DNA of 60,521 bases, filler included, from Sphacelaria rigidula (taxonomy: Eukaryota): NCBI GenBank assembly GCA_964200075.2. It is 8 parts of 8 records of this genome, joined end to end, with 100 filler letters (N's around TTAATTAATTAA, not from the genome) between each part and the next. Parts side by side here need not be neighbours in the genome. Positions count along the whole stretch, not along the records: positions 7,579 to 15,056 come from CAXNAA020014736.1; positions 15,157 to 22,634 come from CAXNAA020014737.1; positions 22,735 to 30,212 come from CAXNAA020014738.1; 5 more parts are not named here. One strand, written 5' to 3'. Shown piece after piece: positions 12,511-23,250 of this stretch; the first letter of the stretch is position 1; each line of letters starts with the position of its first letter. The notes below the pieces were generated by a model. That model made no database searches. It had not been told where the DNA came from and was given only the letters and a program-made list of their open reading frames with translations. The translations under genes were made by a program, and so were the position numbers.

Positions 12511-13914
12511 TGAGACACGGCCTTGACAAAATATTCGAGAGAAAGAAACAACTAAATCCTGCGTACTGGTATATTTGGATATTGGCTGTTTTTGTGCCTC
12601 CCATCGAAGCGAGGGCAGAGCAGAGTTGTGCGCCGAGATGGCGGCGGGCTGTCACCAAGGGTATGGTCGTTCTGTTTTCCCTCTTCAGGGCTGTTCATTC
12701 CGTCATCTCTGTGCAAGGGTCGTCGCCATCCCTGCGGTCGCTGTTGTGCGTATTGATGAGTGGGTTGCGTTCCTAAGGGGCCGCCCGTGCGTTACGGGAG
12801 CCAGAGGGCATTGGACGCCTTGCGCTGTTTTGGTGCATACGGTGGCCAATAGGATAGAAGGGAGGCCGCAGATGAATGCGACTCGGTGTGTGACTCTATG
12901 ACGCTGTAGCAGTTCGAACTAATATATGTATATTGTTACTTCGATATACTTCGGCAGACAAACCAGTTTTTGCCCGATGATCAACGAATTGTCGCCTTGT
13001 CTTTCGTATGTCTCAGCTTGTGTGTGCGTGTCTTACACAAGCGTGATGATAAACGCGGGACAGACTCAGAGAAGAGAATTGAGAAAAAACGAATGCATTT
13101 AGACGATATATATGCATGTATATACGTGGTTTATTTTATGTATATAATTCAAAATAAGTATTGTTTGTGTGAAAACAACGATCTCCGCGCGACCAATCGC
13201 TGTTGTTAAGCCAGTGACCGTGAAGGGCAGTCTCGAACAATTTCTCCAGAGAGAAAACCCATTACACAGTCGTTGGTCACATTCAAACGTTTTGGCCCAA
13301 CAATGCCCCCCCGCGCAGTGCAGCATCAGGGTCCCTAGATGATCCTGTTCCTTGAATCCACGTTTTGCCCGTACCTTTTGATTGGTTCTCCTCTCAACAA
13401 TTTGGGCGATCGGTCTTCGAGCATTTTTTGACAGCTCGCGATCCTTGGGGTTTCGAAAAACATATTTTCATGGAGTGTGGGTTTCTGGGGATTGAGTCCG
13501 CAGAAGGTTCGCTGTAGACATGTGCCGAGGAGAAGAATCATAAATCATGTGTGAAGAGGACAAAAAACTGTTTTGGTGCTTGCTTCGCCTCGAAGGCCGT
13601 GATGCTTGCTGCCGGAAATACCCCAAGGTGGGTACTTCGTTTACGCGGTTCGTGCGTGCCCCTCTCTGTAAGGCAAGCAAGGGTTGATACGAGTGTTGCC
13701 ATTGAGCAAAGTTTGCGCGCGCGCCCCTTCCACCACCCCGCCCTGCTTCCGGGCTGCGTGACCTCACCGCACAAGAGAGGTATATACAGCACGAGACACC
13801 GCGGCATAGTCCCAGGCGTTTCTGCCTCTTGTTCCACTAGGTTTGAAGCAAGTCAGTCTCACCTTTTACGCGTCTTGTTTCGGATTTTTGTCATCACTAG
13901 TGTGCAAAGGCACG

Positions 13915-14410
13915 GAGGGTGTACCCGTGACCTTGCATGCCGTAGTCATATGACCATTGACCTCGCATCCCTACAACGTCGGGACGGAGCACGCCCGGTT
14001 TTCGCCGGACCAGGCTCGCAATCAATCACCGACCGCGAAGCGCCGTGATGTGTTCGGGGAGTCAGTCGAGTGAGCTGCATCCCGCTGATACTGTTCGGCC
14101 CGAAGCGTACCAGGCATCTTGCAGTTGGATGACAGGCTCCAATGAGTTGCTTCATTCTCTGGTTTCGCCACTTCCAGAGACAGCCATGACTTATACACTG
14201 CCTCACGGGTGCCTCACCATTTCAACACTACGTAGTACGACTATTTCCTTTGCGCGGAATTGAGGTTCTCTCACTCCGCACAATATGATGTAGCTCGACC
14301 ATCATCATGGTTTCCGCGAAACAACGGAAGCGACGAACAAAACGGTAACTTGGATGCCTAGCTTACGCAGTGAGTGGCGTGTTTAACCGCGTCGTTGCCA
14401 GCCGTTGCCA
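13915..14410 (-). mobile_element. ~500-bp non-coding retroposon-like repeat
   Basis: Reverse complement of the copies at ~54550-55045 and ~55140-55640. Its 3' part also occurs at 54120-54200 and 60448-60521. Confidence 0.7.
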
Positions 14411-14429
14411 ACCCCATCGCGGGGTGTGT

Positions 14430-14885
14430 GTGGGGGGGCGTGCTCCTTCGTTGCTTGCCTAAGTCGTTTGACCATTCACTACGCATCCCCTCCGAGACGG
14501 AGCACCGCTCCTACTCCCAATAGAGACACCTCCAACATTTTAGGTGCTCATTACGTTTCTTCTGTACACTACTGCACACGAACCCTTTACATATCTCATC
14601 CCCGTCCTGTTTCGCAGTCTGTGGCCACCATCTATTTCCTAGTATAGCCATCGTTCTCTCGCTTCTGTCTAATGCATCGAACGATTTTATGCCACCTTCG
14701 TCCACGTCCCGCATTTCGCCTTTTCGCAGTTTCCGTCCCTCCTTGTATACTTCACATTCCGCCGCTTCATGAGTTCTGCTCTTTACTGCTTTGCCACAGA
14801 GGTAATTCTGTGCATCTACTTCCTCCTCCACACGACTACTGGTGAATCTCTTCCTTCTTGCTGACAGGTCCAGGTCCCCAACCCG
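14430..14885 (-). mobile_element. LINE 3' fragment (ORF2 C-terminus with degenerate CCHC finger plus 3' tail)
   Basis: Peptide RVGDLDL..RRKRFTSS..YLCGKAVKSRTHEAAECEVYKE..ILGNRWW. The same 3' tail recurs at 7579-7658, 14975-15055, 55654-55730 and 59881-59955. Confidence 0.7.
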
Positions 14886-15319
14886 CGGAGGTGTACTCAT
14901 GATCATCCATGCCATAGCCATAAATAAGACCATTGTATGCATAATGATGAGTACACTCCCCGGGGCGGGGGGGAGGGGGGGGGGGCGTACTCATTTGTTG
15001 CTTGCCTTAGGCGTTGGCCCAGTGAGCACGCTTCCATTTAAGGACGGCGGAAAGGGNNNNNNNNNNNNNNNNNNNNNNNNNNNNNNNNNNNNNNNNNNNN
15101 TTAATTAATTAANNNNNNNNNNNNNNNNNNNNNNNNNNNNNNNNNNNNNNNNNNNNCGCGTCTTCCCTGCAAAAGAAAAATGCCACTTCAACCCCATATT
15201 TTGTATGAACCCCATTTTCTAGGATTCACTGTACCTTGTTGTGCTACGTTGAGGCCCCACGGGTCCTGTCCATTCGAAACGTATGACCGCGAGGAAAGTT
15301 CCTCGGGTGTCGGCTAAGT

Positions 15320-15478
15320 TGTATTGTGTTTGTAGCGTGCCAATTAGTCTGGGCGCCAGTCTATACCTTTCGGTATATGTACGCGCACCAGCCGTGGCAG
15401 GTGGTCACACAGGAGGAAGCTCAGGTGGTCACACAGGAGGAAGCTCAACACATGAGCTTTTTCTTTTTGATTTATATC
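15320..15478 (-). mobile_element. 3' end of a dispersed retroposon (also at ~29270-29480 minus, 30313-30381 plus)
   Basis: Shared GCCAGTCTACACCTTTCGGTATATG..GCACCAGCC core. The 30313 copy shows AATAAA followed by a (CAACACA)n tail. Confidence 0.6.
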
Positions 15479-15479
15479 T

Positions 15480-15895
15480 AACAACAAATTGTGCGAATTG
15501 AGGTTTAACTTCGAGATGAGGTTCAAGCCCAAAACAGTGTTTCCCCCACACTTTCAGCGATGGTGCCCAATGACGTTTTTGTCGGCCTTTTGCCCCTCGA
15601 TCGCGTAGTAGAGGAGTGATCAGGTGGGCGAGCACCAAGTGTGCAAGCCTACCGATCAGCTAATGAACTTCGATCAGCCAATGAACTTCCAGAACTTCAA
15701 CACGTCTAGAACACTCGCGGGATATTACAACCAATAACTCCCGATTAATCCCCCGACAACTTGTGCTGGAAACATAATGTACCGCAGAATATACCGCAGA
15801 CTATTTCTGGAACACTCAAATGATTTCTTGCTTGTTTACGATAACCTACGATATATAGTAGTCGTTACCAATGACTGGCATTGAATACTCCAACA
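15480..15895 (-). repeat. Copia 3' LTR (distal end truncated)
   Basis: Matches 20190-20220 plus 20866-21309, apart from one replaced segment. Begins TGTTG on the minus strand, directly after the PPT. Confidence 0.9.
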
Positions 15896-15905
15896 CTCCC
15901 CCTCA
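15896..15905 (-). promoter_or_regulatory. Polypurine tract of the copia element
   Basis: TGAGGGGGAG immediately before the TGTTG LTR start. Confidence 0.9.
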
Positions 15906-16486
15906 CTGGAAAGTCATCTCAAAGGAAAGTAATAAGGAGGAATATCTTAATGCAAAAAACACTTGCGCAAAAGATAACATTATGCACTCCCACTCGCGAC
16001 TAACAGAGATCGAACAAAGATCTCTCACGCTTCCTTTTGTAGCATTTACGGTATATGCAGCAAATGGAGACAACAACGCAAGAATACTGTCTACAAGAAG
16101 TCAACAGTTTTAGCCTAGATATTCAAGCTACTCAGGAAATGCAGAAAGTATGCACAAATCTTCTGAGGTTGCTACTGCGGAGCATATGCTATGAGCTACT
16201 GCTTTTACGATCATACTTGAAGATTTGCCCGTGGGCACTATACGAATATGACCAAGAAACACATGAAAAACGAGTTGCAGTGATATACTGCTGTCTGCTG
16301 CTCTGCTTCTGGCAGAAGAAGATGTTTCTCGCTTCGGACGACACGTAGAGTCGCTCTTGGCGGAATATTATTCCTCCCCCTACAGCTCGTTGCGGGAGAA
16401 CATGTCGATGACGAGATGTACAGAAGATTCCGCCCGGACTATTCCATGGCGATGGTGAGGGGCCCGATCCCTAAGTTTTGGCGTCG

Positions 16487-16950
16487 TTACTTGAACTGGA
16501 GGATTTGCCGCATGAGACTTTCTTGTACCTCGCCGACGCAGTACTTGGTGCAAAGGTCGGCCAACATGTGGCGGCCTGGAATGAAGTTCAGCTTGATGAT
16601 GCCTTGACGGATCCATTCGCGGAGTGCGGCGAAGCGGACGACGATGTGCCGCGACCTCTGGCTGAAGTTCGCCTCCGAAGCTAGGATCATGGAGCTCCGG
16701 TTGTCCATATACAGGGTGAAGGTGCGTTGCCGTGACCATTCCAGCTCCCCCAGCATAGAAGAGAAGTAGAGCCCGTGCTTGGCGGTGCTGTTCATTGCGA
16801 TGAACTCCGCCTCCGATGTCGATTGCGCGGTTATGCGCTGAACTTGACTGCCGAAGTGAATGAGCCTTCCACTCAGAAACACCATTGATCCGGTGATGGA
16901 TTTGCTTGAGGAGGCATTGCTGTAGCAGGTAATGCTGAAGTCGCTGGTAC
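16487..16950 (-). pseudogene. Copia RNase H
   Basis: KSITG..F..QRITAQSTSEAEFIA..LYMDNRS..RSRHIVVRF..MLADLCTK. Confidence 0.9.
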
Positions 16951-19449
16951 GATCGCAGTTGGAGTGACGGGCCCTAGAAGGTCCCTGCTGACGAGTTGAA
17001 GTCGTTGCGTGGCGCTTGTGCTCCTGGTCTCGGGATGATTCCGCAATGTGCTTTTGTTTATCTTGCACGTCCCGCACGCTGAAAAGGAGTCGGAGAACGC
17101 GACCCCGCTCTCTTTTATCCGCCCGGCTTATAGTAGCACTTGGGCATTGGGATGTCCGAGTCGCTGATGCCACGTGTTGGCCATCGATGTAGCCGTTGAG
17201 GTGGCATATGCTGTTCCCTTTTCCGTATCGAGTCATCCTACGATAGGGGGGGGGGGGTATTTTGGGCCACTTCTTGCACGAAATTCCAAGGCAAATTGCC
17301 GCTGAAATCAGGACCGGTTGCTTGAACGAGCTTGTTACAGCAACATGACGCTCATTCATACCGATTGACACCGTTTTGAACCAAATGCAAGCGCATCGCG
17401 AGTGTTGAAGTTCATCTGACATACTTATCAGCCTTTTTTTTCGTGCAATCAAATATCCCCCCCCCTATCGTAGGATAACTCTGTCCTGGATCAAAGAGGC
17501 ATTGGATGCTATATTCGCTCTTTCAGGCGGCAGATTTGCGTCGGAGACGGTTATAAAACCGTGTTGAGTGCAGATGCCGTCCGGTGCGATAGCGAGATCC
17601 AAGTAGTACATGGTGGTGCAGGGGCTGTCCTGTCGAAGAGGCAGCCCATTCTAATGAAAGATAAATCATCAAAAACCAATGACATCCCTCTTTGCACTGC
17701 TGCTCCTCCCGAGAACAGTTGACGACCCAGTCCTGGTGCGATGGTGAAGGGCAGCAGGACCTTGTGCTCGGCCCCGGTTTGGTCCCGTGTGACGACCTTC
17801 ATTTTTCCTCTGCCGGTGCCGTGGAGTTTTCCCTTGCCGGCGACGTTGATGACGATCGGCGGGTCGTACTTCTGATGATCAATCGATCATCCGGTGCTGA
17901 AGATTTGAAAGCAAGTCAGGATCGACGAAGTGGTTGCTGGCGCCGGTGTCGACAGTCATGGTGAAGCGCGAAGGAGCAGCGGCGGTGTTCAGGCTGCTGG
18001 TGGCGACGAAGGAGTAACCCACTCCGGCAGGAGGTGAAGAGTCTGAAGGCGATGGATCTGAAGCCTGTTGACTGGTGGCAGTCGCGGAAGTTGGTGTAGA
18101 TGATCCGGCTCTGTTGTAGTGTCCCACCACAGTAGTAGACCCCGGTGTCGCTGATGCTGTGTGTGCTGCCGTGTTGGTGTTGTTGTTGTTACCACCTTGT
18201 CCGCTGTTGTTGTTCACGCCTCCTTGTCCACTGTTGTTGTTGAAGCGGCCTTGTCTGCTGTTGCTGAAGCGCCCTTGTCCGCTATCGCTGAAGCAGGATT
18301 GTCCTTGCTGCCGTGGTCCGCTGTTGTGACGTGGTCCTCGGCCGCGCTGCCCTTGCTGCCGCTGATCGTCAGGAGCATTGCCCCAGTGTTGTTGCGCCTT
18401 GCAGGTCGAATTGTCGTGAAGACTGTTTTTGTGCAAGGAGCACCACCAGTCACTTCTTCCCCCTTCGTTGTTTCTTGTGCTCTTCTTATTGTTTCGCCTA
18501 AAGCGGTTTTTGATGTCATGACCAGGCTTTTGCAGTAGTTTCAGTATTTTGCCGTTGTGGCGGTCATCGCCGAGGTGCGACCCTTCGCTGCACGCGAAAG
18601 CCCGTTTTTTGCAACACGCTTTGCGAACATGTTCCTCATGATGAACATGGGGTCTTCAAGATGGAAAGTGTCTTGCGATTCCGCAAGCACTTGAATCTGG
18701 GCGTACTCGTCCGTCAGCCCATCCAGGATGATGTCCAGTATCTCGTCGTCCGTAATCACTCGACCCATCTCCGCCAGTTCATCACGCAACGAAAATAGCT
18801 CGTTGCAGAAGACGTCCGGGTCTTGACCTTGCTGCATTCTCATGTTAGACAGCCTTTTTGCCATAATTCGACGCCGCTGGCGTGAAGGATTCTTGTATTT
18901 TTTCACCAAACCATTCCAAGCGGCGATGCCGTTTGGCAAAATGCCTGGTCCAGGCTGGTAGTTTAGGAGAAAGCTTGCTGCCGGTCCTGCCGTACTCAAG
19001 AACAGGAAGTGGAACAGGATCTTGTTGGCCATGTGCCACTCCCGGATGTCCTCGACATTGTGGACGTTGTCATCCATCTCCCAGATCACAAAAGTAGGAG
19101 TCTCGCCGCTTGTTGAAGTCGGCTGATCCGGTGCAAGCTGCTGCTGTTGCTCGGGATGCAGTGCTGAGTCTTCTGCTGCATCCTTGTCTTCATCCTCTTC
19201 TTTATCTTCGATGCTTGCGGTTGCTTGTTTCTTGCGCTTGCCAGCTTTGCCCTTGATCTTCTTGTAAATGGTCGGCGGACATGGTCTGCCGTCCAGGATG
19301 CCTGCAATACCCGAATGTCGCATGCTGATCACGGATTGTGCTGTGCGGGACTAGACATCGAAGTCCGTCCCGTTGAACTTTCCGCCAACAGCCTTGACGA
19401 GCTTGTCCACTGCGTCCGCCGCAGCAGCATTTGTCAATGGCTCCCCCAT
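16951..19449 (-). pseudogene. Copia gag - protease - integrase N-terminus (stops, frameshifts, MITE insertion)
   Basis: ATG at 19449; KFNGTDFDV*; gag core AWNGLVKKY..QGQDPDVF..IILDGLTDEY; two zinc knuckles; PR VDTGASNHF; integrase N-terminal WHQRLGHPN..CGTC and LVSRDLLGP. Confidence 0.88.
17230..17481. mobile_element. MITE inserted in copia pol (GAG..CTC termini, probable 4-bp TSD; Sola-like)
   Basis: TIR GAGT(C/T)ATCCTACGATAGGGGG; flanks TATC/TGTC. The copia frame reads through once the insert and one TSD copy are removed. Confidence 0.8.
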
Positions 19450-20127
19450 GCTGCAGTGATCTTGTTGCTGTTGTTGTTGCTGTTGCTTTTGCCGTCCGTG
19501 TAGATGACGTGTACTCGTATAGCAGTCGTACGATGACGTCGAAAAATTCCAAGAGAAACCGATAGTCCCTCAACAGAAGATGATGATGCCCCCAGGTGTG
19601 AGTTACCTACGGGTGTTGGCTGCGAATGCCAGTTGATAGGTTTGATGGATCCGAAGTCCTTGCCTCTTGGCTAGTGTTGCTAGAAGAACCTGCCGAACTG
19701 ATGATGTCGTAGCTGAAGACGACGTAGCCGAGTGTCATTGCTGATGACGCCGTATCTCTCTTTTCTCGAAAAAACTCTCACGCAACAAAAATGCGGAGGA
19801 ATAGCTCGGAACTTGCCGATGCGATGCGGTCGATTGTCGATCTTGTTGATGACCGAAGGTGCTCACTAGCAAGGTGAGCGTGGAGAGGTAGTCTTGAGCT
19901 GACTCCGTTGAACTACTGTAGTGATGTTTTGGCGACGTGGATGATGCCGACGCGCCTGATCTTGATGGAGCTCCACCGAACTTGAGTTTGATTGACGGGA
20001 AAGGACTTGAAGTTCCCGTTGGTGCGATGTCCGTCTTCTGCTTGGAAGAGTGGTGCCGATCCTCTTGAGGACGTGTTGATTGCTGACGACGTTGTGACTC
20101 CTTGCTCTGCTTATTGATGAAGCTCGA

Positions 20128-20138
20128 GGCTCATAACC
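20128..20138 (-). promoter_or_regulatory. Primer binding site complementary to the anticodon arm of initiator tRNA-Met (half-tRNA priming)
   Basis: GGTTATGAGCC directly after the LTR-terminal CA. It is the complement of GGCUCAUAACC. Confidence 0.85.
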
Positions 20139-21309
20139 TGAAGGAGTATAGCTTCACTCTTGATGGTGTGCCGATGTGGCAACTGTCTTCCAACAACGAA
20201 TTGTGCGAATTAAGGTTTAATGTTACGGATCGCGGCGTGGCGGGGTGAATGGAGATAGTACGATGATGTGTCGTCGGTTTCAAAACGACACTACGCCCGG
20301 AGGGCTGGTCGCGGGAACTGGCTAGTACCATGATCAGGGGTGAAGGCGGTGTAATCCGTCAAAAGACGGAATACATAAACATGCCTCTTTACATCTGGTT
20401 GGATCCGGTTCTTTGCAAGAATCGATCCAGCCGGCACCCTTGGGTTCACTCTCTTTTGAGTGCTGACGTAAGTCCCACCAAGAAAGGAAAAGAAATCGAA
20501 TCGACCTGAAGCGGTGATCAAGATATCGTGACGTTCGTCGTGTATCGTTCTGCATTGGACTTACCCACGTGTTGTGAGCTTACGATTATTTCAGGCATAA
20601 CGGTGAGACTGTAACGAGGATTGATTCAGACAACGAGCATATGCATGAAGATCGGCATAGTACTTAGAAATGAAGTAGTACACGATCAGGATGGTGTATT
20701 TTCAATGTGTTCCTGCGTATTCAACATGATATATATTAATCATCACGCAATTGTTTACGTATGATTTGACTTAACCAGAAATTTGATCGCGCTAGGACAT
20801 CGGCTTGCACAGTAGAGATACGCATGTCAACAACAACACTGGCCAACACTATTCTTTTTGTATCATTAACTTCGAGATGAGGTTCAAGCCCTCGCACAAT
20901 TGGTTGTTTTCTGGAGTTTATGCAGAGGTGCAGAGAGTGACGGTTAAGTCACTTGACTTGAGAATGGAGATGTTGAACGTGGCGCTCATGTGGCCGAAGA
21001 CTCTTACTCATGGAAGAGAAGAGTATGAGAAGACAAGTAGTAGAGGAGTGATCAGGTGAGCGATCACCAAGTGTGCAAGCCTACCCATCAGATAATTAAC
21101 TTCCAGAACGTCCACACGTCTAGAACACTCGCCGGATATTACAACCGACAACTGCTGATTAATCCCCCGACAACTTGTTCTGGAAACATAATGTACCGCA
21201 GAATATACCGCAGACTATTTCTGGAACACTCAAATGATTTTTTGCTTGTTTACGATAACCTACGATAGATAGTAGTCGTTACCAATGGCTGACATTGAAT
21301 ATTCCAACA
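20139..21309 (-). repeat. Copia 5' LTR, interrupted by a solo LTR
   Basis: TG..CA termini and homology to 15480-15895. Confidence 0.88.
20221..20865 (+). mobile_element. 645-bp solo LTR (probably gypsy) nested in the copia 5' LTR
   Basis: TGTTAC..GTATCA termini and a TTAA 4-bp TSD (20217-20220, 20866-20869). It is absent from the other copia LTR. Confidence 0.88.
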
Positions 21310-22566
21310 GACACAGTGTTTTGAAAACGTCATGCATGCAGCTGCTGTATTAGAGACTGACTGCATGCAGCTGCTGTATTAGAGACATAGTCCTGCATAC
21401 AGGGCTGCACCTACCGTGCAATGATATACAGCATAAAAACTTGAGTCTAGTGAAACAAATATCACTGTAAGCAGGTGAACTACAATGTCCCCCACTCAGA
21501 GCTGTATCTTTATATGGCGGTTGCCTTTCTATTTTTATCGTGACGGGGAATCAGCACTGCCTTTTCCTCGTCGACCGTCTGCGGGATATATGGCTAGGGG
21601 TAGCTAGCTAGGCGGCATCACCTGGCAACACCACAGACTGTACTATTTGTTTTCGAAACAAGACCGTACAGTTCAGTAAGTCCGCAACCATGGGTTCGGA
21701 GAGCTCAGGGGTTTCTCCCCGAACACAAGAAGAGTTACATGCATGTACACTTACGACTATCGCACCCAAGCGGAATATACGGCTGGGTAGCTATAGGAGA
21801 TACCTAGGCGACATTATTTGGCAATACCATAAACTCCACCTCGGCTGTACTACAGTATACCAGTGAAGTTTGTAAAACGGAACATGGTCACTCGTGTTCA
21901 GTACAGACAGTCTGTACTGCCTGCACTGCTTGCAGGCAGGGTGTCTTGAGAGCGAGTGTGCGTGATTCGTGCAGGAGGATATAAAGGAGAAGCGGACAAC
22001 GTGCAGTGTAGACACCCAAGGACTATTACTTCTCTCTGCTTACAATGCGACGTGAAAAGGACTTCAGCGACATGCAGCTTTGTACTGCCTACCCTGTCCA
22101 TGAGCGTGCACGCAACTCGATTGCCCACCGTACCACGCAGTTCCGTCGCTGATCCCTACCATGAGAGAAGATGCGCAAGTTTTCGCCGAGGGAAAATAAA
22201 CAAAGCACACCCGACTTCTGCAGCAGTGTATCTATCCCTGTGCTTAACTCGTGCTCTATGCTGCAGGGTTGTGGTGGTAACTGAGAATAAGTTGGATGGA
22301 GTTTGCATGGTCCTGTGAACAGGTGTTATCTGGCGTGGTGGTTTGTAAGATAGGAGTGAAGCCCCCCTTCGTGCCTTTTGACCGCATGTTTTCGGTCGAA
22401 AACGATTGTTTTACATACTTTGCATCACCCAACAGAGAGGAGTCTAGCCCATGTTTCAGATGCGCTTGGCTCCAAGGTTTTGAGAGTGGCCGCTGAACAA
22501 TAATCCGTGTGCAATACAATCTATGGCAATCATTACAGATTATTGGGCAAACTGTCGTATGTTGGC

Positions 22567-22588
22567 ATTATTATTATTATTATTATTN

Positions 22589-22634
<46 letters not shown>
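22567..22634. repeat. (ATT)n microsatellite
   Basis: Read directly; runs into the gap. Confidence 0.95.
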
Positions 22635-23250
22635 NNNNNNNNNNNNNNNNNNNNNNNNNNNNNNNNNNNNNNNNNNNNTTAATTAATTAANNNNNNNNNN
22701 NNNNNNNNNNNNNNNNNNNNNNNNNNNNNNNNNNACACAAACCAAAACATCGGGGGCTTTTTGGTCTTTGTTTTGGTGGGGCTTTGGGGCTGTTTTTTTT
22801 TTTTTTTTGGGGGGGGGTATCGTAGAAAGTGTCAAAGAGGGGTTCGATAGAAATATGGATACACTCACCTAGCTAGGCGGTCAAAGGGCTGAGGTAACCC
22901 TTTGACCGCCCGGGTAGGTCATGTGTCCATGCAATATTTTTTCAACTGCAATTGACGCCGATTCAAAAGATAAACTATACTCGGGGCCAAAGGGTTAACG
23001 AGGCGATTCTTTTTTCACACACAAGTTTCCTACTTACGCGAAACACCCTATCTTTTTCCTGACTTCTCCCGTAGAAAATAATGCTGAAAACAAATCCGAC
23101 GCGATGGTTTTGGAGAAATCTACCGTCAGTTGTATTGATCTATTTCCTGACCTGGTTGAGACATGTTCCTGAATGTTTCGTAGAAAATATTTATTTTCGA
23201 ATAATTGGGAGATTCAGGGGGAAATATATAGACACATGAATAAAACCAGC

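Larger units (their letters stand above)
15480..21309 (-). mobile_element. Ty1/copia LTR retrotransposon, internally deleted (integrase core and RT missing)
   Basis: Two LTRs, PBS and PPT. Domain order is gag-PR-(IN N-terminus)-RNase H. Confidence 0.93.

Noticed and set aside
16487..17452. 321-aa ORF as an intact gene
   Set aside because: It is a chimera of MITE sequence, out-of-frame integrase and RNase H across a deletion.
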